28,859 bases of DNA from Pseudomonadota bacterium (GTDB lineage: Bacteria > Bdellovibrionota > FAC87 > UBA2466), in assembly GCA_043767805.1 (NCBI GenBank), contig JAYUGC010000108.1, positions 1-28,859 of the forward strand. The letters run 5' to 3'. The stretch's first letter is position 1, and every line of letters starts with the position of its first letter. The translations under genes were made by a program, and so were the position numbers. A model generated the notes under the pieces. It was not told the origin of the DNA, did no database searches, and saw only the letters and a program-made list of their open reading frames with translations. Positions 15,750 to 24,433 of this stretch are shown here, in pieces.

Positions 15750-17438
15750 ATGGACGAAATCAGCCGCCGAGAGCTCTTGAGACTAGCGAGTGCCTCGCTT
15801 GCGACCCTGGCGTTTGGGGGATGTGCTTCCCAAATCGTTCGTCAGAGGGACGGGGCAAGCGCCGCCGACCCTTTCGCCGCGTTCTCGCCCATTCAAAGAG
15901 ATCTCGGTGACGTCGTTCCCCGGGAATTTTCAGGCGATTATCGGCCTGAGCTCGTCCATAAGATGCTCTGGGACAAAGCCTCCTATCTTAAAGAGCAGTT
16001 CGGCGGCGTTTGGCCGAAGGCCACGGAATCGACTGAAGTCGCGATCGTTGGCGGCGGGATGAGTGGCCTGCTCAGCGCTTATCAGCTTCAAGATCTCAAC
16101 CCCATCGTTTTAGAGCGTCACCCTCGTTTCGGAGGAAATTCCCGGGGGGAATCCTGGCGCGGCATCGACTACTCGCTGGCCACCGCTTATTTCACGGTTC
16201 CTGAAGCGGGCTCTCCCATCGATTCGCTTTTTAAGGACGTCGGGATCGACAAGATCCTCAGAGTTCGCGCTGTCAACGATCCCATCTTCATCGACGGCGT
16301 CCGCTATGACGATGTTTGGAACAAGGGCACGGTCCCCGAGTCTCGTGCCCAATTCAAGCAATTCGAAGGGCATCTTCAGGATGTCCTCGCCGGAAGAAAC
16401 GGGCAAAAATACCCGGACATTCCCATCGTTGAGACTTCCGAACGGGCGCGTATCGCCGCCCTCGATAAAATGTCTTTCATGGAGTACTTGCAGAAGCTTT
16501 TCAAGGCTCCCCTGCACTCTCACGTGGAACGGGTTGTGGAGCATTATTTCTGGTCCGCCAGCGCGAGCTCGGCGTATGAGATCAGCGCCGCAGGCGCTTT
16601 GAATTTTTTCGCGGCGGACTTTGGCTCCATGGCGGTTACCCCCGGCGGCAACGGCGCCATCGCGGAAGCCGTGCTGAAAAAACTCCATGCGAAGCTTCCG
16701 GCGGGATCGCTCCGTCCCGGCTCGACGGTGATTAACGTCAAGACTGATGCCAAAGGTTCCACCGTCTATTACGTCGATTCCGCCGGAGCGCTCAAAGCCT
16801 TACACGCTCGTGCCGTGGTCATGTCCTGCCCCAAGTTCGTCGCGGCGAAGGTCATCGACGACTTTGAGCCCGCCCGTAAGAAAGCCATCGCGCGCCTGAA
16901 ATACCGTAGCTACGTGCTGGCGAACGTCATGGTGGATAAGCCCATCAAGGACGACTTCTACGATCTCTTCTTTTTTACGAAGAATGAGATGAGCGAGAAA
17001 GACGTACCCAAAGCGGCGCTCCTGCAAAAAGCCACCGACGTGGTGTACGGCAGTTTCGCGAAAGTGGATCCGAACCGCACGGTGCTGACCTTGTTTCGAG
17101 GCTATCCCTACGACGATTCGAGGCCCGCGCTCTACCAGGAGTCGGCCTATCGGGAGCTCCGCGCCGATTTCGAAAGCCAGATTCTCAATCTCGTTTTCCC
17201 GATGCTCGGCATTCCGGCGAGCGCTCTAGTGGATTTACGGGTGACGCGCTGGGGGCATCCGCTTCCGGTGAATGCCAAAGGCCTCATCTCCGACGGCACC
17301 ATCGATGCCATTCGCAAGCCCTTCAAGAAGCGCGTTTTCTTCGTCGAGCAAGACAACTGGATGTTACCTGCCTTCGAGACGACGTTCAGCGAAGCCGCTC
17401 ATTGGGCCCCGCTGGTAAGAGCTAGCCTGAAGAGCTAG
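15750..17438 (+). CDS. Tat-exported FAD-dependent oxidoreductase (amine-oxidase-like fold), probable lipoprotein
   Basis: SRRELL twin-arginine motif, FGGC lipobox-like site, VAIVGGGMSG dinucleotide-binding motif, RWGH. Confidence 0.85.
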   Translation: MDEISRRELLRLASASLATLAFGGCASQIVRQRDGASAADPFAAFSPIQRDLGDVVPREFSGDYRPELVHKMLWDKASYLKEQFGGVWPKATESTEVAIVGGGMSGLLSAYQLQDLNPIVLERHPRFGGNSRGESWRGIDYSLATAYFTVPEAGSPIDSLFKDVGIDKILRVRAVNDPIFIDGVRYDDVWNKGTVPESRAQFKQFEGHLQDVLAGRNGQKYPDIPIVETSERARIAALDKMSFMEYLQKLFKAPLHSHVERVVEHYFWSASASSAYEISAAGALNFFAADFGSMAVTPGGNGAIAEAVLKKLHAKLPAGSLRPGSTVINVKTDAKGSTVYYVDSAGALKALHARAVVMSCPKFVAAKVIDDFEPARKKAIARLKYRSYVLANVMVDKPIKDDFYDLFFFTKNEMSEKDVPKAALLQKATDVVYGSFAKVDPNRTVLTLFRGYPYDDSRPALYQESAYRELRADFESQILNLVFPMLGIPASALVDLRVTRWGHPLPVNAKGLISDGTIDAIRKPFKKRVFFVEQDNWMLPAFETTFSEAAHWAPLVRASLKS

Positions 17439-18556
17439 CCGAGCACTTTGTGGTAAGCGGCTACCGTCTTTTCCGCAGCTTCGTCCCAGGTGTACTTGCG
17501 CACGACGGCTCGGCCTTTTTGTAAAAGCTCCGCGCGCCGCGCGGGCTCGAGACAACGCTCCAGAGCGCGGTGAATGGAGCTCGGATCTCTCGGATCGAAA
17601 TATTCTGCCCCGTCCTGGGAAACCTCGGGAATGGAACCGGTCTTCGCGGCGGCCACGGGAACGCCCGCGGCCATGGCTTCCAGGGGAGGAAGGCCCATGC
17701 CTTCGTAGAGCGAAGGATAAACGAAAATGTCCGCCGCCTTATATAAGCCTCGTAGCGTGGGCTCGTCAGGAAGGTCGATATGATGCGCTTTGACCCCTAC
17801 CTTTTCCAGCATTTCCTTTTCTTCCCCTACGAGCGGCATACCCGCGGAAACGAAGGCGTAGTCGTTTCTTCCGGCGAACTTCGCGTAGGCCTCCGCCCAG
17901 CCGCGGAAGTTCTTATGCTGGGATCTCGCGCCTAGGTAGAGAAAAAAGTGTTCGGGCAGTTGGAGCTGGCGGCGAAAGGCTCTAGACGCTTCGGCGGTAG
18001 GTTCTTCGGCGAAGAAAGCCGCGTCTATCCCGAAGTAGACGACATCGACCTCAGACCGGGAAATTCCGTAGTAGTTGCAAAGGTCGTTTTTCGTCGTTTC
18101 AGAAATCGCCAAGATGCGGGCCGAGCGCCGGACGGTTCGCTCTTTCAGGCGAATCAGGTCCTCGTAATAGCCGGCTGAGAACTCTTTATTGAAGAGCTCG
18201 GGGATGGTGTCGAGGTAGACGGACACCATGGGTATCTCGGCATTGGGTGGAAGTGAGTAATAGTACGAGTGATAGAGGGTGGGCTCGCTGCTCGCGGTTT
18301 GTTTCAGGTAACGATATTTCGCGAAATGCTTCTTTTGCTGCCCCAGCCACGAGCGGAGTTTTCCATTGGGTAGCCATCGATGGGTTTTTTTTGCCGTCCC
18401 TCCGGAAGGCTTTTCCTCGAACGCGTTGGTGGGCGAGGGAATCAAATCGAGGTGGACGTCCGAGTAGCGAGAGAGTCGCGGCATCAACGCCTGAAAATAG
18501 CGGTAGGAGGACCCCCATTTCTCATACACTTCGCTGCCGTCCAGAATCACTCGCAT
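17435..18556 (-). CDS. Glycosyltransferase family 4 (group 1)
   Basis: AISETTKNDL, HKN, FVYPSLYEGMGLPPLEAM (intact EX7E). Confidence 0.92.
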   Translation of the reverse strand: MRVILDGSEVYEKWGSSYRYFQALMPRLSRYSDVHLDLIPSPTNAFEEKPSGGTAKKTHRWLPNGKLRSWLGQQKKHFAKYRYLKQTASSEPTLYHSYYYSLPPNAEIPMVSVYLDTIPELFNKEFSAGYYEDLIRLKERTVRRSARILAISETTKNDLCNYYGISRSEVDVVYFGIDAAFFAEEPTAEASRAFRRQLQLPEHFFLYLGARSQHKNFRGWAEAYAKFAGRNDYAFVSAGMPLVGEEKEMLEKVGVKAHHIDLPDEPTLRGLYKAADIFVYPSLYEGMGLPPLEAMAAGVPVAAAKTGSIPEVSQDGAEYFDPRDPSSIHRALERCLEPARRAELLQKGRAVVRKYTWDEAAEKTVAAYHKVLG

Positions 18557-18651
18557 CGGGAAGAGTATAACATAGGAATCATTAGCGATTTTCTACGCGG
18601 AGCGCTCCCCCGGAGAGGCCCAACGAATTTCGGGGCCCCCCATCGCTCGGC

Positions 18652-18680
18652 TTGCGAGCCTGAGCTCGGACCATTAGAGT
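18652..18680 (+). promoter_or_regulatory. Putative sigma-70 promoter of tRNA-Arg
   Basis: TTGCGA, 17 nt, TAGAGT, followed by a C-rich discriminator just upstream of the tRNA. Confidence 0.6.
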
Positions 18681-18691
18681 CCTCCTCCAGC

Positions 18692-18763
18692 GGCCCCATA
18701 GTTAAATGGATATAACGGGGGATTCCTAATCCCCAATTACAGGTTCGATTCCTGTTGGGGCCA
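18692..18763 (+). tRNA. tRNA-Arg(CCT); CCA not encoded
   Basis: Cloverleaf: acceptor GGCCCCA/TGGGGCC, D arm GTTA/TAAC, anticodon stem GGGGA/TCCCC with loop TT-CCT-AA, T arm ACAGG-TTCGATT-CCTGT. Confidence 0.95.
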
Positions 18764-18773
18764 TGTCTTTCGG

Positions 18774-19022
18774 TTACGGAAGTTCCTTCATTCCGCCCAT
18801 GGCCTCGTCATAGGACTCGAGCAGAATTCCCATCCCGCGATAAGAAACCCAGACCAAACCGAGAGTGATCCCCGTGAAAACCACGGTGTAGATCCATTTG
18901 GTGCGACGCGGGTAATAAGGATTTTTCCACACCAAGGGCAGAACGAACGGACCCACCACGCAGAATCCGGCGATTAAGGCCCAGGTCGTTTGGTAAATTT
19001 TCGGTTTTGGCTTTTCTTCCAC
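18774..19022 (-). CDS. Small membrane protein (82 aa)
   Basis: Hydrophobic core WALIAGFCVVGPFVLPLVWKNP...KWIYTVV; GTG 19022 lies 6 nt after a perfect TATAAT. Confidence 0.7.
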   Translation of the reverse strand: MEEKPKPKIYQTTWALIAGFCVVGPFVLPLVWKNPYYPRRTKWIYTVVFTGITLGLVWVSYRGMGILLESYDEAMGGMKELP

Positions 19023-19073
19023 CTTCCCATTATACAGGCTATTGCGAGAAGGTTCGCTATCACTTGGTTCCTT

Positions 19074-19841
19074 ATGTTTGGTAGGCGTTGTTTCCTTTTC
19101 CTGCTTTGTCTCTCGGCGCAGGCAAGCGCGCGCGAGTGCCGGTTTGAGAGCAATCCGCGCGTTCTTTTCGAGAAAGGCGCGAGCTCCACTCAAGGAAGCC
19201 AATTGTTGCAGGTTTGGGATGAACGAGACGATCCGGTCTTTTTATCCCGCCGGATGCCGCGGTCCACTTCGCTTACCGCCTTTTTGAAGTACGTGCGCTC
19301 TCGAGTGGCCGACGTGTCTCAGGCTTCTCTGCTAAGAAAATCCATTCAGAGCTTCCCTGACAACGCCGATCGAAGAAACGCCAGTCTCGTCTATCAACAA
19401 AGAAGGAAGTGGATTCGCCCGGCCGGTTGTCTCGAGGCGCTTCTCTTTTCCCGCCAGACCGAGCGCCTCGATATGGCGTCCCAGCCGACGGAGCTCACCG
19501 CTTTCGTCCTGAAAGCCAAGCGAGGCAGTCGAGTGCGCCTCTATTACTTCACCGTCAACCAACCCGGTATTGGCGGAATGGGAACCTTGATGACTCCCGT
19601 GGAAGCGGACTTGGCGTCGGGAAACTGGCGGCCTTGGATGAGCCTCCACAATCACAACTTCGATTTCGCAGGCGCTCGGCTCGGGGGCACCGTGGCTCCG
19701 AGCGCCGCCGACGCCCAGTTTTTTCAATCCGCCGCGTCGGATTTTGGGCTCGAGACAGCGTGGATCACCAACGGCTTCGACACGCTGAAACTCCGCCGCC
19801 GGGACTTTCGCCGCCTCTCCGCGCCGTCTCGAAAAAATTAG
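19074..19841 (+). CDS. Exported protein with JAMM/JAB-like metal-binding motif
   Basis: Signal peptide MFGRRCFLFLLCLSAQASA; E(19491)...HNH(19647-55)...PSAAD(19698-712). Confidence 0.7.
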   Translation: MFGRRCFLFLLCLSAQASARECRFESNPRVLFEKGASSTQGSQLLQVWDERDDPVFLSRRMPRSTSLTAFLKYVRSRVADVSQASLLRKSIQSFPDNADRRNASLVYQQRRKWIRPAGCLEALLFSRQTERLDMASQPTELTAFVLKAKRGSRVRLYYFTVNQPGIGGMGTLMTPVEADLASGNWRPWMSLHNHNFDFAGARLGGTVAPSAADAQFFQSAASDFGLETAWITNGFDTLKLRRRDFRRLSAPSRKN

Positions 19842-20372
19842 CCGGCTCCTCATCGGTTCTTTAAGAAGGGCTTATTGGCGGCGGGCGGAGTCGACCCGCG
19901 TGGAAGAGGGCGCCCTCGCTGGAGACGAAGACGCTGATCTTTCCTTTTCCAGCGCCGAAACCCGTGAGGATGTCGTGGCGAAGCTCGAGCCCGTGATCCG
20001 CGCGGTGCTTGCCACGAACCAAGTCGCCTGCAGATTCTGGAGTCTGAGACCGCGGATACTCTGCCTCTCATCGAAAACGGCGAACGTCCGGAGCACCGCG
20101 CTTACGCGCGCTCCGTCGGTATCGCGACCAGCGACTGGGCTTCTCGGGGCGAGCGGGGCAGGGTGTATCAGGTTCCGAAAGCCGCTTTTCATAAAGGAAT
20201 GGAGCAGGCTTTGCGCCTGGGCGCCTACCTCGCGGAACGGGCGTCTCACTCGCAAGGCAAGCAATGGGAGCTCTATCAGCTAAAGACCGAGTTCGCGCTT
20301 TCTCTGTCAGGCTCGGTAGGTCTCGTCAATTTAGGTGGCACGGGCGCCGCGGAAATGACTTTTTCCAGGTAA
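19840..20372 (+). pseudogene. Frameshifted, probably 5'-truncated gene remnant
   Basis: Protein-like sequence in one frame up to ...ATNQVA (GCC 20026-28) continues in the -1 frame (CTG 20028-30, LQILESE...EMTFSR*); one extra C would join them. No clear start or SD. Confidence 0.5.
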
Positions 20373-20482
20373 GGAGCTTTCATGCAAACTCGCCTTTTGG
20401 CTTTGGCCTTTCTCTTGGCGTTACCGGCAGAAAGAGACCTCCAGCTACCAGCCCGTCGGGCCGGTGTGGTAGATCTCAAGGC

Positions 20483-21538
20483 GTGGGTGTTTGGTTCATT
20501 TTGGCTCGTTTCCTGGCCCTTGCGGCCATCGCCGCGCCGGCCGCGCTTCCCAAGAAAAATGCCTTCGAGGCATTAGATCGTTATCTCTTCTCGCCCACTT
20601 CCCATACGGACGGCGTCGTCGTCTGGAAGGGAAATCAAATTCTCCTTGAACGTTACGCCCACGGTTACGGCGAGAAGTCCCCGCATCTGGTTTGGTCCGT
20701 CACGAAAAGCGTCTCCAACGCGCTTATCGGCATGGCCGTTTTGGACGGCAAGATGCGGCTCACGGACTCGATCTGTCTTTACTTCCCGGACGTGAAGAGC
20801 GAAGCGTGTGAAGTTACTCTCGATCATCTGCTTCGCCATGCGAGCGGCTTTAGCTGGAAGGAAAGTTATGAAGGCGGAGGATCTCCCACGGAGTCCTCCG
20901 TGCTGGCCATGCTCTACGGCGAAGGCCGGGGAGACATGGGCGGCTTTCTCGCGCACCATCCTTTGGAAGCCAAGCCCGGCACGCTGTGGAAGTACTCGAG
21001 TGGCGGCGTGAACCTCGCGCTTTCCGCTTTGCAAAAGACACTCGGCGCGAAAGCGTTCGACGAGTTTCCCTGGCGCCGCCTTTTCGATCCTCTCAAGATG
21101 GAGCGAGTGACTTTCGAGCGCGACGGGAAGGGCGTCTTCGTGGGATCGTCCTACCTTTATATAACGCCCCGGGATCTCGTGAAGTTCGGCCAGCTCTTTC
21201 TTCAGGATGGAGTGTGGGAAGGTAAGCGCCTCTTGCCCAAGAACTGGGTGAAAGACTCGCTCACGCCGACCGAGGCTTTGAAGAACGAGCCCCCTCCCGG
21301 AGCCAAACGCCAATCGGCGGGCGCGAGCTGGTGGCTCAATATTCCCGTTCCCGAAGGCAAGGTCGACGCCGGGTGGCCCGGCTCTCCGCGAGACACGTTC
21401 GCGGCTTCCGGTCATTGGGGCCAGGTCTTGTTCGTCGTGCCCTCTAAAGGGGTCATCGCCGTTCGGGTGGGAGACGATCGCGGAGATACGTTTAGTGAAT
21501 CGACTTTTCTGCAGCACGTGCTGGAGGCAATTCCGTGA
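20483..21538 (+). CDS. Serine hydrolase, beta-lactamase class C-like family
   Basis: WSVTKS (SxxK), YSS, GHWGQ; GTG 20483 gives a signal-like N-terminus. Confidence 0.88.
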   Translation: MGVWFILARFLALAAIAAPAALPKKNAFEALDRYLFSPTSHTDGVVVWKGNQILLERYAHGYGEKSPHLVWSVTKSVSNALIGMAVLDGKMRLTDSICLYFPDVKSEACEVTLDHLLRHASGFSWKESYEGGGSPTESSVLAMLYGEGRGDMGGFLAHHPLEAKPGTLWKYSSGGVNLALSALQKTLGAKAFDEFPWRRLFDPLKMERVTFERDGKGVFVGSSYLYITPRDLVKFGQLFLQDGVWEGKRLLPKNWVKDSLTPTEALKNEPPPGAKRQSAGASWWLNIPVPEGKVDAGWPGSPRDTFAASGHWGQVLFVVPSKGVIAVRVGDDRGDTFSESTFLQHVLEAIP

Positions 21539-21837
21539 GGCGCGCTTTCGCTGCTTGCCTAGCGCTCTTGTTCCTTACGGGAGCGGCTCGCACTTACGAT
21601 AATTCGAAAATCACCATCGTGCTCTCTTTTTCCGCTAAGGCGTATTGCTCTTGTCGCTTCGTGAACGAGCTTCCCGAGGCGGATTGCCGCAAGTACACGG
21701 ACGTCGGGCCCAAGGCGCCCGTCCCTCGTTTCAGCGTGAACGCTGGCGAGAAGGCGGTAACGGCGAGTTACTTTTTCTTTTTTCGCCAAACCGCGCGTTT
21801 CGAAGGTCCTCGCTTCGGTTGCCGGCTCGATCCGTGA
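21535..21837 (+). CDS. Small exported Cys-rich partner of the serine hydrolase
   Basis: GTGA overlap with the upstream stop; signal peptide; AKAYCSCRFV...C...FGCRL. Confidence 0.75.
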   Translation: MRRAFAACLALLFLTGAARTYDNSKITIVLSFSAKAYCSCRFVNELPEADCRKYTDVGPKAPVPRFSVNAGEKAVTASYFFFFRQTARFEGPRFGCRLDP

Positions 21838-22301
21838 TCGGTTTCGTGCCAAGCACTCACCTCTTAAGTTGAATATCCGGTTTTTTCTCTTTCACAGTTT
21901 GGTCTGAATACCCAATTGTGTTTTTCGTAGCCGACATCGACACCCGATTCCTTCACAATCTCACAATCTTTCGGGGAATCGCTAATTTGCGCAAAGCGGC
22001 TTACGGCGGAAGTTTGAGTGTCTAAGAAAAAGCGGGTCTATGCACTCGAAAGCTCACCGCTTTTCTAATTGTGTCGGAGGCAGCGAAAAAAAGTTCGCCA
22101 CCTGACAAGGGTTTCCACACCCGACTGTATTCTAGGCGAATTCGGGCGCTTCTCTCGTCGAATCCGGCGTTTATCATTCTTCACAATTTCCGGTCCACCC
22201 GTTGCACTAACCCCTCTCGACCATAACGACGAAACATATCTCGAGGGGCCCACCGGCCTTTTCAGTCCTTTTTCAAAAAACTCTGAGGGGGGTTTTCGAA
22301 G

Positions 22302-23108
22302 ATGCTTATGCGGTACGTATGCGGAAATGCGCGCTTTGGCGCGCTTTTATTGATCTCGTTGCTCGCGATGGGTTGTCAGAAGGATCGCTATAGCGGTGAC
22401 CTTCCGTCTCCTAGCCGTGACCTCGCCTCCACCATCTCCGATTCGGAGTATCCGGCGGTCGTGCTCGTCGTCGCTCCTTTGGGCGCGGGCATCTGCACTG
22501 GAACTTTCATCTCCGAAAAAGCCGTGCTCACCGCCTCTCATTGCGTGAGCGATCCCGGCACCTACACCGTCCGCTCTTCCTTCGGCACCTTCACGACCGC
22601 CACGAAACGCGCGCTGGGCGCGGGCGTGGTGGACGACCCGAACGACATCGCGCTCCTCGTCTTCGACCGCGCGGTGGCGAGCCGGGAAAAGGGCCAAGTG
22701 TACGATCTTCACGACAGCGTCCGCCAAGGCGACGTGCTTCGCCTGGTCGGTTACGGCTGTAACGACATCAACACTCGCCGCGGCAGTGGCGTGAAACGCA
22801 CCGGCACGAACGCGGTGGCCGAAGTGGATGACTACATCAACTTCCTGACCCCGACCTCTTCGTCGACCAGCGGCTCGCGCGGCATCTTCGGACCTTCGAA
22901 TCGCGCGGCTTCCTGCTTCGGCGACTCGGGCGGCCCGGCGGCGGTCGAAGTGAACGGCACCTTGGAAGTCGTCGGCGTGACCCACGCTGGTGGCGCCGAA
23001 GGTTCCAACCAAGTTTCCCAGTACGCGAACGTGGCCACCCAGAGCGAGAACCGCAGCTTCCTGAGAAGCATGAACAGCGATTTCGGTCTCGACATTCGGG
23101 GAATCTAG
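22302..23108 (+). CDS. Trypsin-like (S1) serine protease, lipoprotein
   Basis: Catalytic motifs TASHC, DIAL, GDSGG; lipobox LAMGC. Start could be ATG 22308. Confidence 0.92.
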   Translation: MLMRYVCGNARFGALLLISLLAMGCQKDRYSGDLPSPSRDLASTISDSEYPAVVLVVAPLGAGICTGTFISEKAVLTASHCVSDPGTYTVRSSFGTFTTATKRALGAGVVDDPNDIALLVFDRAVASREKGQVYDLHDSVRQGDVLRLVGYGCNDINTRRGSGVKRTGTNAVAEVDDYINFLTPTSSSTSGSRGIFGPSNRAASCFGDSGGPAAVEVNGTLEVVGVTHAGGAEGSNQVSQYANVATQSENRSFLRSMNSDFGLDIRGI

Positions 23109-23296
23109 TCGGGTTTGAAAGGGAATCGGACCGGCCCTCGGAAGTTGCTACCGGGGCGGTCCAAAGGCTTGGCTCGAAAGTACTTGGCGGTAAAGGCACC
23201 CCTCACCTGGACCGCGAATGCTTTCAGCCAATATGGCACGAGCCAAATGCTGAGCACCGACAATAGGTCAGGTGGAGAAAAGGGAGCACCCCTCAC
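23105..23296 (-). CDS. Possible small protein (63 aa) with one hydrophobic segment
   Basis: GTG 23296 follows GGAGAGAGG; fills the gap and its stop overlaps the protease stop (CTAG). No recognisable family. Confidence 0.3.
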   Translation of the reverse strand: MRGAPFSPPDLLSVLSIWLVPYWLKAFAVQVRGAFTAKYFRAKPLDRPGSNFRGPVRFPFKPD

Positions 23297-23396
23297 TTCC
23301 TCTCTCCACCTGGCCGTCGGGCTCAAGCGGGCCGGAATCCGAGCCCTTCGTCGCCTCCCCGGTCTCCACTCTCTGCCACTCGTGCCTCAAACTCGC

Positions 23397-23412
23397 TGGC
23401 CCTCTCTTTGCT
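23397..23412 (+). promoter_or_regulatory. Putative sigma-54 promoter of the Tad secretin/ATPase pair
   Basis: TGGCCCTCTCTTTGCT (GG 23398-99, GC 23410-11). Confidence 0.65.
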
Positions 23413-23425
23413 AATCGTCTCTCTC

Positions 23426-24433
23426 GTGCCTCTCTTCATTCTGCTCGTTCTATCTAGTGCCTTGGCCCACGCCGAAGTTCTCTCCGTCGGGGGAAGCCTG
23501 ATGCTGGATGTTCCGGGTCTCGTTCGCGCCGCGGTCGCGGACGGAAAAATCGCGCGCGTGAGAGCCGTGCCCCCTCGGCAGCTCTTCGTCACGGGTCTCA
23601 CTGCTGGCCGCACGCGGGTGACCGCTTGGGACGGGGCGGGGAAAGCCCATGACTTCGACCTGGAAGTCTTGCCCTCGAAACTTTTCCGGGCGTCGTTTGG
23701 AGACGGCCCGGTTCCCGTGGTCAAAGTGGACTTGGAGTTTTTGGAAGTGGATTTGGCCTCGGGCTCTCGGGTCGGTCTCAAGTGGCCGGACGTGGTTGAG
23801 GGCGCCCTATCGGGTAGCGCGCGAGGAGATGCCGCGACGGTCGCGGGTTCTTACGCGGCGACGGTCACTTCCGGAAAGGCAGTGCTTGAAGCTCTGGTTA
23901 CCGAGGGCAAAGCGCGGATTCTCTCGCGGCCTCGGCTCTTCGTGCGGCTGGGGGAAGCCGTCGAGTTTCATTCGGGCGGAGAATTTCCCGTGCCCACCGC
24001 TTCGGAGCGCGACGGCCATCTCTATCCCAAGATCGAATGGAAGACGTTCGGCCTTTCCACCAAGGTAAAGCCCGAGAGCGGGGACGGCATTCATTTGAGC
24101 TCGGACGTGCAAGTGGAAATCAGCGAGACCGACGCGAGCCTCTCGGTCAATGGCGTGCCTTCTCTCAATCGACGTAGGCTCACCACCAAGATGGAGTCTT
24201 TGGACAGCGAGACGGTGCTGCTCTCCGGTCTCATTCGCCGGGTCGTCACCAAAACGAAAGAGGGCGTGCCGCTACTCTCTTCTATCCCGTTACTCGGCCT
24301 TCTCTTTTCAAAAACCGTGGACTCCGAAACCGATTCGGAGATCGTCATCGCCCTGACTCTTTCTTTTCGGACTCGCGACGATCACCAGCGCGAAGTGATC
24401 GGAGCGCGAGAGCGCTTGGAGCCTTTGCCGTGA
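23426..24433 (+). CDS. cpaC: Tad/Flp pilus secretin (CpaC/RcpA family), compact form
   Basis: Signal peptide ending AHA|E, N-terminal domain (VADGKIARV...G.T.VTAW), secretin motifs HSGGEFPVP, GVPLLSSIPLLGLLF. Start set at in-frame GTG 23426, downstream of the promoter. Confidence 0.85.
   Translation: MPLFILLVLSSALAHAEVLSVGGSLMLDVPGLVRAAVADGKIARVRAVPPRQLFVTGLTAGRTRVTAWDGAGKAHDFDLEVLPSKLFRASFGDGPVPVVKVDLEFLEVDLASGSRVGLKWPDVVEGALSGSARGDAATVAGSYAATVTSGKAVLEALVTEGKARILSRPRLFVRLGEAVEFHSGGEFPVPTASERDGHLYPKIEWKTFGLSTKVKPESGDGIHLSSDVQVEISETDASLSVNGVPSLNRRRLTTKMESLDSETVLLSGLIRRVVTKTKEGVPLLSSIPLLGLLFSKTVDSETDSEIVIALTLSFRTRDDHQREVIGARERLEPLP

Noticed and set aside
20483..21538. Antibiotic-resistance beta-lactamase (also considered for the MBL at 9292)
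   Set aside because: Motifs (YSS, GHWGQ; ComEC-type HHGS/YGHP) fit esterase/amidase-like and nuclease-like families rather than AmpC or class B enzymes.
18692..23300. tRNA-anchored genomic island or prophage
   Set aside because: Accessory-looking genes follow tRNA-Arg, but no integrase and no duplicate of the tRNA 3' end were seen in the window.
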